From the NCBI GenBank assembly GCA_035221665.1, contig CM069147.1, forward strand, positions 19,778,001 to 19,842,000: a DNA stretch of 64,000 nucleotides, given 5' to 3'. Position numbers and translations under genes: made by a program. The DNA is from Okamejei kenojei. Taxonomy: Eukaryota. Positions 1 to 12,850 of the stretch are shown here, one piece after another; position 1 is the stretch's first letter; every line of letters begins with the position of its first letter. A model generated the notes under the pieces. The model made no database searches. It saw only the letters and a program-made list of their open reading frames with translations, and was not told where the DNA came from.

Positions 1-2040
1 TTGTCAGTGCCTTTGGGCAGTAAACTGGTCAGTAAAGGCCCTGAAGTGCCATTTGGTCGTTATCTGATGCTTGAAGTTGTCCTTTTGCTCATGTCATCAC
101 TCTTGGTCACACTTTTCCCTTAACTTGGGCCAGAGTAATGTGCAGATAATCAGGGCAGATTTCAAAGGTAATAACAGAGAATCTTATTTAAAAATACATT
201 GAGTATCATCGTAACTCCTCTGCAGATTGCAGTCGTAAAGCAGCAGTATGTGGCAAATATACAGGGTCATAGTATGGGTTGACAATGGAATCATTGGCTA
301 TGAGGGTTTTTCTGATGCAGTCTATGTCCTGGAATTAGACTGACTACTGTATTTATTTAGTGGTTCCCTGTTTGTTTCAAAAACGTCACATTCACCAAAG
401 TGCACATTTTTAAATGTATGGGATCCAAGAGAAAATAAGGGCTGTGCAGGCACAAAATTCACAAAAGCTGGATAGTTTAGAATTTTGTTCCAAAATATTT
501 TGTTGAGACAATCTGTTAAGAACCATTCAAAAATAATGCAAGCCGCTGTTGAATGAGCTGGTGGGTGGTAATGACAGTGTAGCAGATAAGCTGCAGACTT
601 GTTTGAGGTGGATACAGGAGGTGGTCTCAAAAAAACTTTCTAGTATATGGATATGTTTTGGGAAATAATGTAACTTTAAAATCTACGGGTGCAAAAAACA
701 GGTTTGGTGTACAGAGAAAATGTATGTGAAGTTCAAAAGAGAGCATGAGAATGTTTGCAAAATGTACAGTTAATTATAGTAGCATGATAAATTTGTCTAT
801 TAAAGCTTTCTATGACCTAATGCAAAGCACTGTGTACACTTGTGTACAATCCAATCAATCAAGTTACAACACTGCATATTTAAACCTGGCAGACAACATT
901 TTACTATTTACAAAGGAGAATGGGAAGGTTTCTGTTGAGCAAAATCCTTCCCTTGCACGTTAAATTAATTTTCTTAAACTGCATGGTGTGTGACTTTTCC
1001 AAATTTTGTTTAACAGATTATTTAACAGCAATCCCAGTTGGAATAGATTTGCTGCTTTTAACAGAGGCTGCAGAAAATCACTCAACAGTAACGGAACTTG
1101 ACTGCTTGCAAATCTCGTGCTGTCACTCTAAAGGCGGTGCCCTCAGAAGTATTTTGGGTTTTTTTTCCAAATTGTCTGAGCAATTGTTTTTTTTTTCTGA
1201 GCCCATTTGCTACAATGTAGTGCATGGAGTAGAGCAAAAGTGTGCTTCATTTTAACTGTGTACCAGTTGACCGAGTTATTTGTGTGGGGTTGGTGCGATG
1301 ATGTGATGTTCCAGTATATGGCACCTTCCATCCCGAAATCCAAGTTAACAAATCAATAATACATGGGGGGTATTGACATTTATACACACGTGTGTTTGGA
1401 TATTACAAATACTGTAACCTTTTTTAATTCAGAATAAAAAATTGATGAGCAAATATAAATATTCTACAGTTCCTTTGTCAAAGATGACTTAACTGATATG
1501 CTTTTTGCATTTGAACTCAAGTTTTGGAATGGCTTAAAGAATTAAGGATCTGAGTGAAACTGGAAGGAATTTTAACATTTTGAAGTTTCAATACTTGCCT
1601 GATATAATGACTGCAGTAATAAACCATGTGTTATGCGTCATACATTATAAATGATTCTCTACAAACTGCAACCGAGCAGCCGGGTAAAAGAAAGTTGTTT
1701 GCAGTTCTTCAAAATTATAAAGTACTGAAAATACTCGGGTAGCACATGTGAAGAGTAAGTTAATGGTGGAATAGGCTTGAGAAGCTGAAAGGTTGGCTCT
1801 TCCACCTATTTATAATTCTTGAAAATGAAATATTTTATTCCCAGAACTCTGCAGTTCTTTGGTTTACGATGACAATATAATTGCATGTAGCACGCAAAAT
1901 ATTCCTGCTCTTCACCTTTTGTGCACTATTTTGTTTTATAATTTACCAATTATATCAACTTGTAACCCATCTAATTTTCTGTGAAACTAGAGATATATGG
2001 CCTATTTATCCCTACCAAATCTGTTAATATTAAAGAATAT

Positions 2041-2250
2041 AGAAACAAGGAACTGAAAATGCTGTTTTACAAAAAAGACAGTGATGCAGTAACAGTGGGT
2101 CAGGCAGCATCACTGGAGAACATGGATATGTGACATTTCGGGTCAGAACCCATCAGTCTGAAGAAGGGTCCTGACCCAAAACCACCTATTCGTGTTCTAC
2201 AGAGATGCTGCCTGACCCGCTAAATTATTCCATTACTTTGTGTCTATTAA
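2041..2250. repeat. Palindromic element built from two inverted Penelope 3' tails
   Basis: Left arm gggtcaggcagcatc...tttcgggtc is the reverse complement of right arm gaccc...gatgctgcctgaccc. Confidence 0.7.
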
Positions 2251-2689
2251 TATTCCACACCTACATAAGGATTATGTTCAACATTTCAACATTTAAGGGG
2301 TGTGCCTGGGAAAGCCTACTTGTGGCCTAAATGTCCTGTCTGAAAAATAAATTCCCTTTTCTGACTGGCTGGAGTGTTCAATGTAAATTCTTGCTCCATG
2401 ATCTGAACTGACCTCATTCATGCTAACGTTTGGTAATGGAAAAGCAAATTTCACATGATGCTGTACTGTAGGATTTAATCCTCTTTGGTAATAATGCATG
2501 TTCTGTAATTCTTGGTCTGAGTCCCATAATGTTTTTGTAAAATGGGAATAGAGCATTTAATAGGCATCGTTTGCTGCTTAGGTTTGGCGAGGTCACATGG
2601 TTCAGAATACAAAGCTGCATTTATAGTGGATTTAGTGGGCCAGTCACGCCGCTGGCTTCTGAAGCACAAGCATAGCAGCAAATTTACAT

Positions 2690-3170
2690 ACAAGGAACTG
2701 CAGATGTTGGTTTACAAAAAAAAAAGAGAGTGCTGGAGTAATTCGGCAAGTCAGGCAGCAAGCATATCTGGCGAACATAGATAGGTGGCATTTTGGGTCG
2801 GCGCCCTTTAGACTGATTGAGGTTAGGAGGGGACAAAGTCAAATGATGTGATATGTGTGAAGGGGTGTTTTGGTTGGACAAGGGCCAGAGATGAAAAGAC
2901 AAAAATGTGAAGAGTCAGAATAGATGTGCGAAAGGTGAAGGAGATCGGGAGGGGAAAGGGAAAAATGGGTGCAGATCCAGCTGGGGCACAGGGAAGAGAG
3001 GGAGAAAAGGTGGGGAGGGAACGGGGTTGTGTTTGTAGGATAGTTATCTGAAACTGGTGAATTGAATGTTCATACCGTTGGGTTGCAAGTTACGCAGAAT
3101 AACAGGTGTTTTTCCAGTTTGCGTGTGACTTCATTCTGGTAATGGAGATGGCCCAGGACAGAAAGGTTGA
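2690..3170 (-). mobile_element. Degenerate Penelope-like element 3' fragment
   Basis: Same tail as other Penelope copies (aggaactgcagatg...) plus decayed end of the GIY-YIG ORF near 3050-3170. Confidence 0.65.
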
Positions 3171-4037
3171 ATGTAGTGACCCCAGCCTGTGAGAAATTAG
3201 CTACGCAACGAAGGGTCTTGACCTGGTGTATTCTGAACACAATTTATTGACAATATTACATCAGCCAATGAAACGTGGATATTGCAGGGCATACGGTTGT
3301 TAATAAGCAGAATCACGTTTTGTAGTGTTCCTTAATGGGCAAGGAAATGTTTTAAAAAATCAAGGCAATTTCTCCAGGAAAGATTACGTGGAATACAGTT
3401 GCGGAAATAGCGTCAATGGTATTTAGCAAGTAAGCCCCAGTCTTGCAAAGAGTTATCTAATTACATACTTTCACTTTTGCTGGTAACAGTTTTATCGCTG
3501 TTCAAGTGCGCCGTTAAAGTTCCCCATTAACTGTGCTATCTACATTTACCTTGGGAATTATTACTTTTTTTATTTTGTATAAAGTTGGACTCTCTGAACT
3601 GAAATATTTTAAATGGCCATTATAGTTAAATGTCAAGTGCTGGGATTTCCGGGTCAGCGGGTTCTTCCATCGTCTACAAGTCTCTTTTGTCTCCATATTT
3701 GAGTATCTCTCCGCTGTTAGACGTTGCACATCCGCTAAAATGTTTCCTGGCCCCAAAAGCGTAGCTAACACGTATCTGTTTGGTGTGAAACGAGTTTATT
3801 CCTGTTAGAACTTGAGGTATGTTTTTAAATAAAATACAATTTAATGAGTCACTCTGAAGTCAACCTACTGTAAGTTAGAAAATAAGTTGTGAAAATTGGC
3901 GGAACGCAGGCTTATATTCCCGGGGCATTGGTTGTCAGGCTACTACTAATTGATAGACACAAAATGCTTGAGTGACTGGCAGCAGCTCTGGATTGAAGGA
4001 ATGGGTGATGTTTCGGGTCGAGACCCATCTTCAGACT

Positions 4038-4590
4038 ACCATATAACCATATAACAATTACAGCACGGAAACAGGTCCTCTCGGCCCTTCCAGTCCGTGC
4101 CGACCATTTGTTTTCCCCTAGTCCCATCTACCTGCACTCAGACCATACCCCTCCATTCCCTTCACGTCCATATACCTATCCACTTTACTCTTAAATGTTA
4201 AAATCGATCCTGCCTCCACCACTTTTGCTGGAAGCTCATTCCACACGGCCACCACCCTTTGAGTAAAGAAGTTCCCCCTCACGTTACCCCGAAACTTCTG
4301 TCCCTTAATTCTCGTGTCATGCCCTCTTGTTTGAATCTTCCCTACCCTCAATGGGAAAAACGTATCCACGTCAACTCTGTCTATCATCATTTTAAAGACC
4401 TCAATCAAGTCCCCCCTTAACCTTCTGCGCTCAAAGAATAAAGACCTAACTTGTTCAACCTTTCTCTGTAACATAGTTGCTGGAACCCTGGCAACATTCT
4501 AGTAAATCTCCTCTGTACTCTCTCTATTTTGTTGACATCCTTCCTATAACTAGACGACCAAAATTGTACACCATACTCCAGAATTGGTCT
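4038..4590 (-). mobile_element. CR1 LINE 3' fragment (young subfamily)
   Basis: CR1 ORF2 C-terminus (RPILEYGVQFWS, RRLRGDLIEVFK, FFTQRVVAVWNELP); nearly identical to 46770-47395; preceded by a Penelope tail at 3955-4037. Confidence 0.9.
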
Positions 4591-5179
4591 ACTAATGGAC
4601 GTGATTTGTATGTGAGAATTTGAAATGGCATAAATTACTGCTACTGCTTTAAACAAGTTGAGGGACAGTGCAAATGACAATAATGTAAAGTAGTAAATGG
4701 ATATGGTTAAAATGTCACCTGTAGGCTAGGAGTGGTAGGAAGAATGTGAAGAGGGGTAACACGGGTGGGAAAAGTTAAAGAAAAGTGACGAAGTGCGGGC
4801 TTGCACTAAGGGAGTGGGAAGAGGAATAGACAGGATTACATTTGCTTGATATTGAGGGCGGGTGGGGGTGATTAAAAGAGCATGATACATCCTTGATAGA
4901 CAGGGTGTTTGATACCTGATGTAAACCAGCAGCTGCAGCTCCTTCCTATACACAATTAGAGCCTGGTGCAGTAGAGGGACCTTGTGAGACATGAAGTATT
5001 CCGTCGTTAGTGACGACTATTTGCATTTTCAATAGATAACCTCATCGTTTATTAAATGGCTGGTTAAGAGTGGTGTGAGTTTACCACAAAATGAGGGGAT
5101 AACATGACCCCCACTCCCTGTGGAATGGAATAGCATCTAAGGTCCCTCAGACAAGGAACAAAGCTCTGAATTTCCTGGG

Positions 5180-6640
5180 TTACACAAAAAGCTGGAGAAA
5201 CTCAGCGGGTGCAGCAGCATCTAAGGAGCGAAGGAGATGGGCGACGTTTCGGGTTGAGACACTTCTTCAGACTGGTCAGGGATCAGGGAAACGAGAGAGA
5301 TAGACGGTGATGTGGAGAGATAAAGAACAATGAATGAAAGATATGCAAAAAAGTATCGATGATAAAGGGAACAAGCCACTGTAAGCTGTGGTGTTTGTGG
5401 TGTGAAAATGAGAAGCTAGTGCAACTAGGGTGGGGGAGGGAGATAGAGATAGAGGAATGCCAGGGCCCGAGGGCTGAAGGAGAGGTGGGAAGGGGAGGAG
5501 ACAGCAAGGGTTAACAGAATTGAGAAAATTCAATGTTCAAGCGCAAAGGATGCAGACTCCCCAAGCGGAATATGAGGTGCTGTTCCTCCAACTTGCGGTG
5601 TTGCTCACTCTGGCCGTGGAGGAGGCCCAGGACCGAGAGGTCGGATACGGAATGGGAGGGGGAGTTGAAGTGCTGAGCCACCGGGAGGTCGGGTTGGTTT
5701 TTGCGGACCGAGCGGAGGTGTTCGGCTAAACAATCGCCAAGCCTCCGCTTGGTCTCACCGATATAGATCATCTGGCATCTGGAGCAGCGGATGCAGTAGA
5801 TGAGGTTGGAGGAGGTGCAGGTGAACCTCTGTCGGACCTGGAAGGACTGCTTGGGTCCCTGAAAGGAGTGGAGGGGGGAGGTGAAGGGACAAGTGTTGCA
5901 TTTCTTGCGGTTGCAAGGGAAAGTGCCCGGGGAAGGGGTAGAGCGGGAGGGGAGGGAAGAATTGACAAGGGAGTTGCGGAGGGAGCGGTCTTTGCGGAAG
6001 GCAGACGGGGGGAGATGGGAAGATGTGGCGGGTGGAGGGGTCACGTTGGAGGTGGCGAAACTGGCGGAGGACTATGTTGTATTTGCCAGCTGGTGGGGTG
6101 AAAGGTGAGGACCAGGGGGACTCTGCCCTGTTTGCGAGTGGGGGAATGGGGAGAGAGGGCAGTGTTGTGTGGTATGGAGGAGACCCTGGTGCGAGCCTCA
6201 TCAATAGTGGTGGAGGGGAATCCCTGTTCTCTGAAGAATGAGGCCATTTGTGATGACCTGGTGTGGAACACTTCATTAGAGATGGAGACTCTATAGAGGC
6301 GGAGACTCCCCCTCTCCGACACCGAACGGTCTGTCCTCAGAGGTCTTACCTTTGTTCCCCTCCGTCCCCACCTCAATGAGTTCCGCGCCCACAACTTGGA
6401 GCTCTTCTACCGTCGCCTCCGCCTGACACCGTTCTTCCATGGGAAGAAGTCCTCGCCCCCCCACTGATGATCCCTTTTCCTGTCTCCCACGTACCCCCTC
6501 CACTTGGACCCCCCCTCGTAGCTTTCCGGCTCCAGAACTATTTATCCAGAACTGCCGTCGGGACATCAACCGCCTCGACTTCTCCACTCCCCTGTCTCAC
6601 TCCAATCTCTTCCAGCCCTGAACGTACTGCCATCAACTAA
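5180..6640 (-). mobile_element. Penelope-like retroelement (GIY-YIG endonuclease), internally deleted
   Basis: ORF 5511-6044 has CNRKKCNTC, NLIYCIRC and IYIGETKRRL...EH motifs; hammerhead-type tail at 5241-5275. Confidence 0.9.
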
Positions 6641-6863
6641 ACTCCCCCTCTCTGAATTTCCTGGAGCGGACACCCGTGGCCGAAGGCCGTCAGTGCATCA
6701 GCTGGATTTGAAAATAACAATCTCAAGCTCAACTCCGTGCCAGGGAAACGGTATCCTGGGTGGACTCCTGGCCGCCGTGACCTTCCCCCAATGGTTCAGC
6801 TGCTCCCGTGTCCTCGCCCACGCTGCGCTGCCTTCGCCTTTCCATGGCAGCCGTGACTCCATA

Positions 6864-7010
6864 ACTGCAGATGGTGATTTAAACCGCAGATACACACAAA
6901 ATGCTGAAGTAACTCAGCGGGTCGGGCAGAAATGAGTGAAATGTCACCTATTCCTTTTCGCCAGATATGCTGCCTGTCCCACTGAGTTACTTCGGCATTT
7001 TGTGTCTCAC
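6864..7010. repeat. Inverted Penelope-tail palindrome with central deletion
   Basis: acacaaaatgctgaagtaactcagcggg ... cccactgagttacttcggcattttgtgt. Confidence 0.6.
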
Positions 7011-7311
7011 TCCAATTGTGTATGCTTGGTTTCCATGGCTGCATGCAGCCGCATTACTACCTTTTCGATATCCATTATGGAGCCTGTTGCTGGAAGAAGA
7101 CAGATGAGGAAGGTGTTGGAGGGAGATAATAATAATAATAACAATAATAATAATGACATCTTTTATTGTCATAACTTAAAATGTAGATACCCCGAGAAAC
7201 ATGATTTGTAAAAAAGAACAGTAAAACAGTCTTAAGTGCAAATAGGTCTGTGCCGGGTCGATGTGCGACGTGACATGGGGCGCACCCAGCACGGCCGGTT
7301 CAGAGCAGCTA

Positions 7312-8330
7312 TAGTTCCAACATTTTGAGATTTTAAGTCTGCAATTTATCCCATCAGATAAAGCATAAAAAGAAGTTTAATTTGACACCCAATTCACTTT
7401 CATATCTTAAGTATTTTAAAAAAAAGTTATGGCCATTTTCATACTCTTGTTCCCAATTGCTTTTCCATTGACGGCACAAAAGTTGTGATCGAGGACAGTC
7501 AAAAGCCCATAACTTTCTTAAAAATTATGAGAACTGAATGAAATTTTCAGTTATTATAGATTGAAGCATTCTGAAACAAATATGAAACAATCTTACTTGG
7601 ATGACCTGAAATTAAAGCATATAATTAGTTACTTAATTGTAGCTAATTACAAAATGCAATTACTAGATCTAAACATCTATCCATTTCTTAAGAAAATATT
7701 AACATCTTTAAATAGCCTGTGTCCAAATAACATTCACACAAGAATTCACAATATAACATGATTTTTAAATCTCATTGTCATGAATCTATAGGCCAAATGG
7801 AAGGAATTTAATGTTCAATTCCCGTAAATTAATGACTATTTAAATCATCTTGCGAGTGGGTTTTTGAGGAATACGATTGATTGGAACGTTGTGGTTGTAG
7901 TGAATTTGAACCCCATATCGGCAGGAAAAACACTGCCAGTTCGTATGGGGCCAAAACATTTTCGCCAATGAAATTTGGATTAAAGTCATCCTAAGAAGCA
8001 AGTTTATATGTAAAATATACGACTTACCTTATGTTTTGTCCCCTACATGAGATCCGTCCCGTTGTTGGCTTTGACGGCGTTAGAAGTCGCTTTTTTATTT
8101 TAATCCAGCGATTAAATTGTCCCTCGATTTTTTTAATTAAATTTCCGAGAACAAAAGTCGAAACGATTTTTCAGCATCAGCTAGCAGCCCGAGAAAATAT
8201 ATCTCGGACAGGAAGGAGAAAACGGCATTTTAATCCCGTCACACCACCCCCCAAAGGCGCCAAAGTCGCGCACACGGCCAGTGGCAGAACTGCAGCGCCG
8301 CTGAAGGTGAGTATTGTAACATACATACTA
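7312..8330. mobile_element. Probable non-autonomous DNA transposon
   Basis: Short imperfect inverted ends (gttccaaca.. / ..attgtaac), no coding capacity; family not determined. Confidence 0.35.
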
Positions 8331-8368
8331 TAGCTATATATTTGGGTAATTATCCAGTTAACCGAGTA

Positions 8369-9665
8369 GGCTGTGGGCCAAGGAGCTTTTTCGTTCAGGT
8401 TCATGACCCAACTCACGGAACTACCTAAATTTTTAACATATTGTGTAATAATATATAAATCATACCTGAAACTCGTCAAGACCAAAACCTGCACATTTTT
8501 TGGAAATATGAGAAAAAATGCATTTTCTGAGGTCGGATGCAAATTGACCAATCCCGCCCTTTGTTTTATGATCGCTAGGCAGCGAGGACCCTGGGATCAT
8601 GGCTGCCTCCTCATTACATCAAAACAATTACAAGGTTTCCAAGGGTAATGCTCACCTTGCTGATAATTTTGTTTTTTCATTTGATTTATCTTTATAAAGT
8701 TATGATATGAACTGTTAAATAAAAATTATAAATAACAAATGTAGTTAGGGTTAAGATTAGGGTTAGTCAGTCACTCGGTCAGTCTGTTGGTTGGGCTGGT
8801 CGGTAGGCTGATGGATGCTGTGGAGGATCGGTCGGGCCGCCGGCGGGCGGTGAGCATTGGGCCGGGCCTCCGGTGGGTGGTGAGAGCGGTTGGTCAGGCT
8901 GGGTCTCCGGAGGGTGGTGAACATTGGGCTGGGCCTCTGGTGGATGCTGCGAGGGGTCGGTCGGGCTATCAGGCTGCCGGTGTTGCAGCAAGCGTGCAGG
9001 CGGTCTGACGGAGCCGACACTATGGGGGTGCTGACGGCGGCCCGGGCGGCGTCCGGGGCAGTGCTGCTCCCCACCATCATCACCACCATAACAGCATGCT
9101 GGTAGAGGTGGACGCACTGCGGGGCCACACGTACGGAGCCCGCAGCCGGTCCCAAAGCGGCTCCAGCTCCAGCCGTGGGCAGCTCTGGAAGGGGGGTGAG
9201 TTAGGGTTAGTTATTTTCCTGTCAGTGGAAGGTACCTTAGCCTTCCCCCAGCCTGGCACTGCCCCTCCCACTTTAGCCGTGACCCCCACTCTGCACACTG
9301 CGGCAGTCTCATTAAAAAAAACCTCATAATTATATTCATTATATTATTTTTATATTTCATTATACATAATTATATATGATTACAGTCATATTCACAAGGT
9401 AAATATATAGTATTATATATGGTTTAGAGACTGCAACACGGAAATAGGCACCCATGGGTAATATTGGCACACTAGATGGCGACTACTTTTTCGATCTCAT
9501 TTTCTAATTAGTTTAATCAATTAATGTGCAACTTTTGGCACTGACGAGTAGTGACTTCCTTCTCAATTATATTTTATCTAAATCTGTGGAAAATTTCATG
9601 TAGTTCCAAGACATGGGTCACGAAAGATGATTTCTAGACACATTTTTCATGTTCAGCCCACAGCC
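8369..9665. mobile_element. Non-autonomous TIR transposon with a GC-rich repetitive interior
   Basis: TA|ggctgtgggc ... gcccacagcc|TA; subterminal inverted match ttcatgaccc..ggaactac versus gtagttcc..gggtcacgaa. Confidence 0.7.
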
Positions 9666-10030
9666 TAGAGCAACTCCAAAATGTGCAGGTAAGAGCATGG
9701 ACGATTCTTGGGTCCTTTGCTGAAAATATTTTAAATCCGGTGGTTAGCGGAGAGCCGACTGCAAAATCCCAGGCTATCTGCAGTTGCAGTGCACCATATA
9801 TATAATTTACTTTACAGGCATTAAACTGAAGGACCTGATATCCAAGAACTTCACGTCTGATCCTAAGTTTAGACTTATTGTCACGTGTACCGGGGTACAA
9901 TTAACTTTGTTTTGCATGCTACCCAATCAAAATCACACATATTATGCATAAATGCAATAAAACCAAACTCAAAGTACAATCGGTAGAGCAAAAGGAAAGA
10001 TACAGGGTACAGAATATAGTTCACAGTATT

Positions 10031-10657
10031 CAGGGCCGGATTTACGTATAGGCTAGACAAGCTTAAGCTTAGGGCCTCGAGATCTAGGGGGGCCTACTCA
10101 CCTCACTGGACCCGTCGAACCTCGCCGCCCCACTGATCATCCACCCACCAGGACCTCCTACTCTTTACCCGCTGACCCTGGCCACTCCACCGCCCTCCAG
10201 CAGCCCGCAGCCGTCGCCTTACCTGCAGCCTGGACTCAGCACCAGGCCTGAAGTTTCCATGCTGCAGATTCCCACTCCCCAGGTTTGACTGCGCTGGGTA
10301 CTAGTGCTAGTTTTCCTAACCCTGGTAATCTCAGTGGCTGTTCCACTGGGACTTCCCCATTCTCCTCAAACCATGTGACCTTAGCTCTTCCCCACCCACA
10401 CTACAGTCCTCATAACCCCTACCCCCTGACCACCCACTACCCCTCCAGGTAAAGCATCGCCCGCTCCACGCTGAATCCAATATGTATTTTAAAACCAACT
10501 GTTTAATGACAACATACAGTAGGATCTAAAAGTGTCACACTGTCACTGTCGGGTAGTCATGGTCCTCTAGTCGTGGGGGTGGGGGATTGGGAGGGAGGGG
10601 GAGCGGGGCTCACAAGTGAAATAGCTTAGGGCCTCTCTTCATCTAAATCCAGCCCTG
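10031..10657. mobile_element. hAT-type MITE
   Basis: TIRs cagggccggattta / taaatccagccctg; perfect 8-bp TSD acagtatt at 10023-10030 and 10658-10665. Confidence 0.9.
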
Positions 10658-10695
10658 ACAGTATTATAGCGCAAGAGTTCCAGAGACAAAGTCCA

Positions 10696-12850
10696 AGAGT
10701 CAAGAGTGTTTTATTGTCATATGTCCCAGATAGAACAATGAAATCCTTACTTGCTGCAGCACAGCAGAATATGTAATCATAATAAATAACAAAACTCAAA
10801 AAATCAAACAATAACAGTGCAATAATAATAATAGTCCATTGGTGTCTATTGTAGTTCATAGCTTATGAGGTTTTAGTGTTTAATAGCCTGATGGTTGTAG
10901 GGAAGAAGCTGTTCCTGAATGTACATTACAGTTCACAGGCTCCTGTTGCTTCTTCCCGATGGCAATGGTGAGATGAGTGTGTGATCAGGATGGTGTGGGT
11001 CTCTGATGATGTTAGCTGCCTTTTTGAGGCAGCGACTCCGATAAATCCCTTCGATGGTGGGGAGGTCAGAGCCAGTGATGGACTGGGCAGTGTTCACCAC
11101 TTTTTGCAGTCTTTTTCCACTCCTTGGACTTCAAGTTGTTGAACAGGCCATATTCTCTCCACTGTGATGCAACCAGTCAATACTCTCTCCACTGTGCACC
11201 TGTAGAAGTTCAAGAGAATCCTCTTTGACATACCGAATTCTGTAACCTTCTCAGGAAGTAGCGGCTCTGATGTGCTTTCTTTATAATTGCTTCAGTGTGC
11301 TGGGTCCAGGAAAGATTGTCGGGAATATGCACACCCAGGAATTTGAAGTTTTTGACTCGCTCCATCATTGATGTAAACAGGATTGTGGGTCCTCAACCAT
11401 CCTCTTCCAAAGTCCACAATCAGTTCTTTGGTTTTGCTGATATTGAGAGCCAGGTTGTTGTGCTGGCACCATGTGGTCAATCGGTCGATCTCACTTCTAT
11501 ACTCTGACTCTTCACCATCTGTAATTTGTCCCACAACGGTGGTGTCTTCGGCGAACTTGAAAATGGAGTTTGCACTATGTCCGACCACACAGTCATGAGT
11601 ATAGAGTTAGTATAGCAGGGGCCTGAAGTGCTCCCTTACTGATTATTACTGAGGGTGAAGCGTTTCTGCCAATTCAAACAGACTGTGGTCTGTGGATGAA
11701 GAAGTCGAGGATCCAATTGCAGTGGGATGTGCAGAGACCCCAGTTCCGTGAGCTTGGTAACTAGTTTTTTTGTTAATTAAAAAAAATCTAACCCCACCCG
11801 TACGGACGTAACCCCGGAAAAGGGGCACTTGGTAACCAGTTTTTTTTTTAATTAAAAAATGTATTCAATTATTAAAAACTAATATTTACACTACAATAAA
11901 ACAAGCCAGAACCCACCACCATAATACAATACAAACATATATCCATAATGAACTACTATACAACTATGTTACAATCCTTATTGATGATACATTCAACACC
12001 CTGCAGTCCCGGAACTCCCACAGGGTGCCCGTGGACAGGGCGTATTCCCTTTCTAACCCCACCCGGGCACGGACGTAACCCCGGAAAAGGGGCACCTGGT
12101 AACCAGTTTGGAGGGAATGATGGTATTGAACTCTGAGCTGTAGTCTATAAAACAACAGCCTGATGTAAGTTTTTATTGTCCAAGTGGTCCAGTGCGGAGT
12201 GGCAAGCCAGTGAGATCGCATCCTCCGTGGACCTATTGTGATGGTAGGCGAACTGTAGTGGGTCGAGATTCCTATTGAGGTAGGAGTTGATATGCCCCAT
12301 GACCAACCTCTCAAAGCACTTCATCATCACGGACGTTAGTGCCACTGGTCGATAGTCATTGAGGCACGTCACCTCACTCTTCTTGGGAACCGGTATTATT
12401 GATGTCCTCTTAAAGCAGGTGGGAACCTCAAACTTCAGCAGTGAGAAGGTTGAAAATGTCCATAAAAACCCCGGCTAGTTGGTCTGCACAGGTTTTGAGA
12501 ACTTGGCCAGGTATACCATTGGGTCCAGGCGTTTTCCAAGGGTTCACCCCCCTGAAGGATCCTCTGACGTCGGCCTCTATGACTGTAAAGTGACTGTGAC
12601 TGTAATACCATCAGGGCGTATGGGGGCTCGGGAAGGCACATCGGTGTTCTCCCTATCAAACCCTATCTACACAAAACGTGCGTAGAACGCATTGAGCTCA
12701 TCAGGGAGTTTTGCTGTCGCTTGAGCTGCCTCCTGATTTTGCCTTGTAGGAGGTGATGGCATTCAAGCCCTGCCACAGTTGCCGAACCTCCACCCCATCC
12801 TCCAGCTTTGAGCCTTTTGGCCTTTTTGATGGCCTTGTCAAGGTCATATA
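10696..12850 (-). mobile_element. Rex1/Babar-type LINE, 5'-truncated, degenerate RT
   Basis: [35 protein letters not shown](D)DTTVVG, WCQHNNLALNISKTKELIVDF. Confidence 0.85.
11768..12094 (-). mobile_element. Tx1/L1-type LINE 3' ends (two tandem units) inserted in the Rex1 element
   Basis: T-runs on + (poly-A tails); ORF2 end PLFRGYVRARVGLEREYALSTGTL; target (c)ttggtaaccagttt present three times. Confidence 0.75.

Noticed and set aside
2293-2556. 87-aa ORF as a possible terminal exon
   Set aside because: No recognisable homology or convincing splice partner.
8763-9329. Overlapping GC-rich ORFs
   Set aside because: Stop-poor tandem repeat inside a TIR element.
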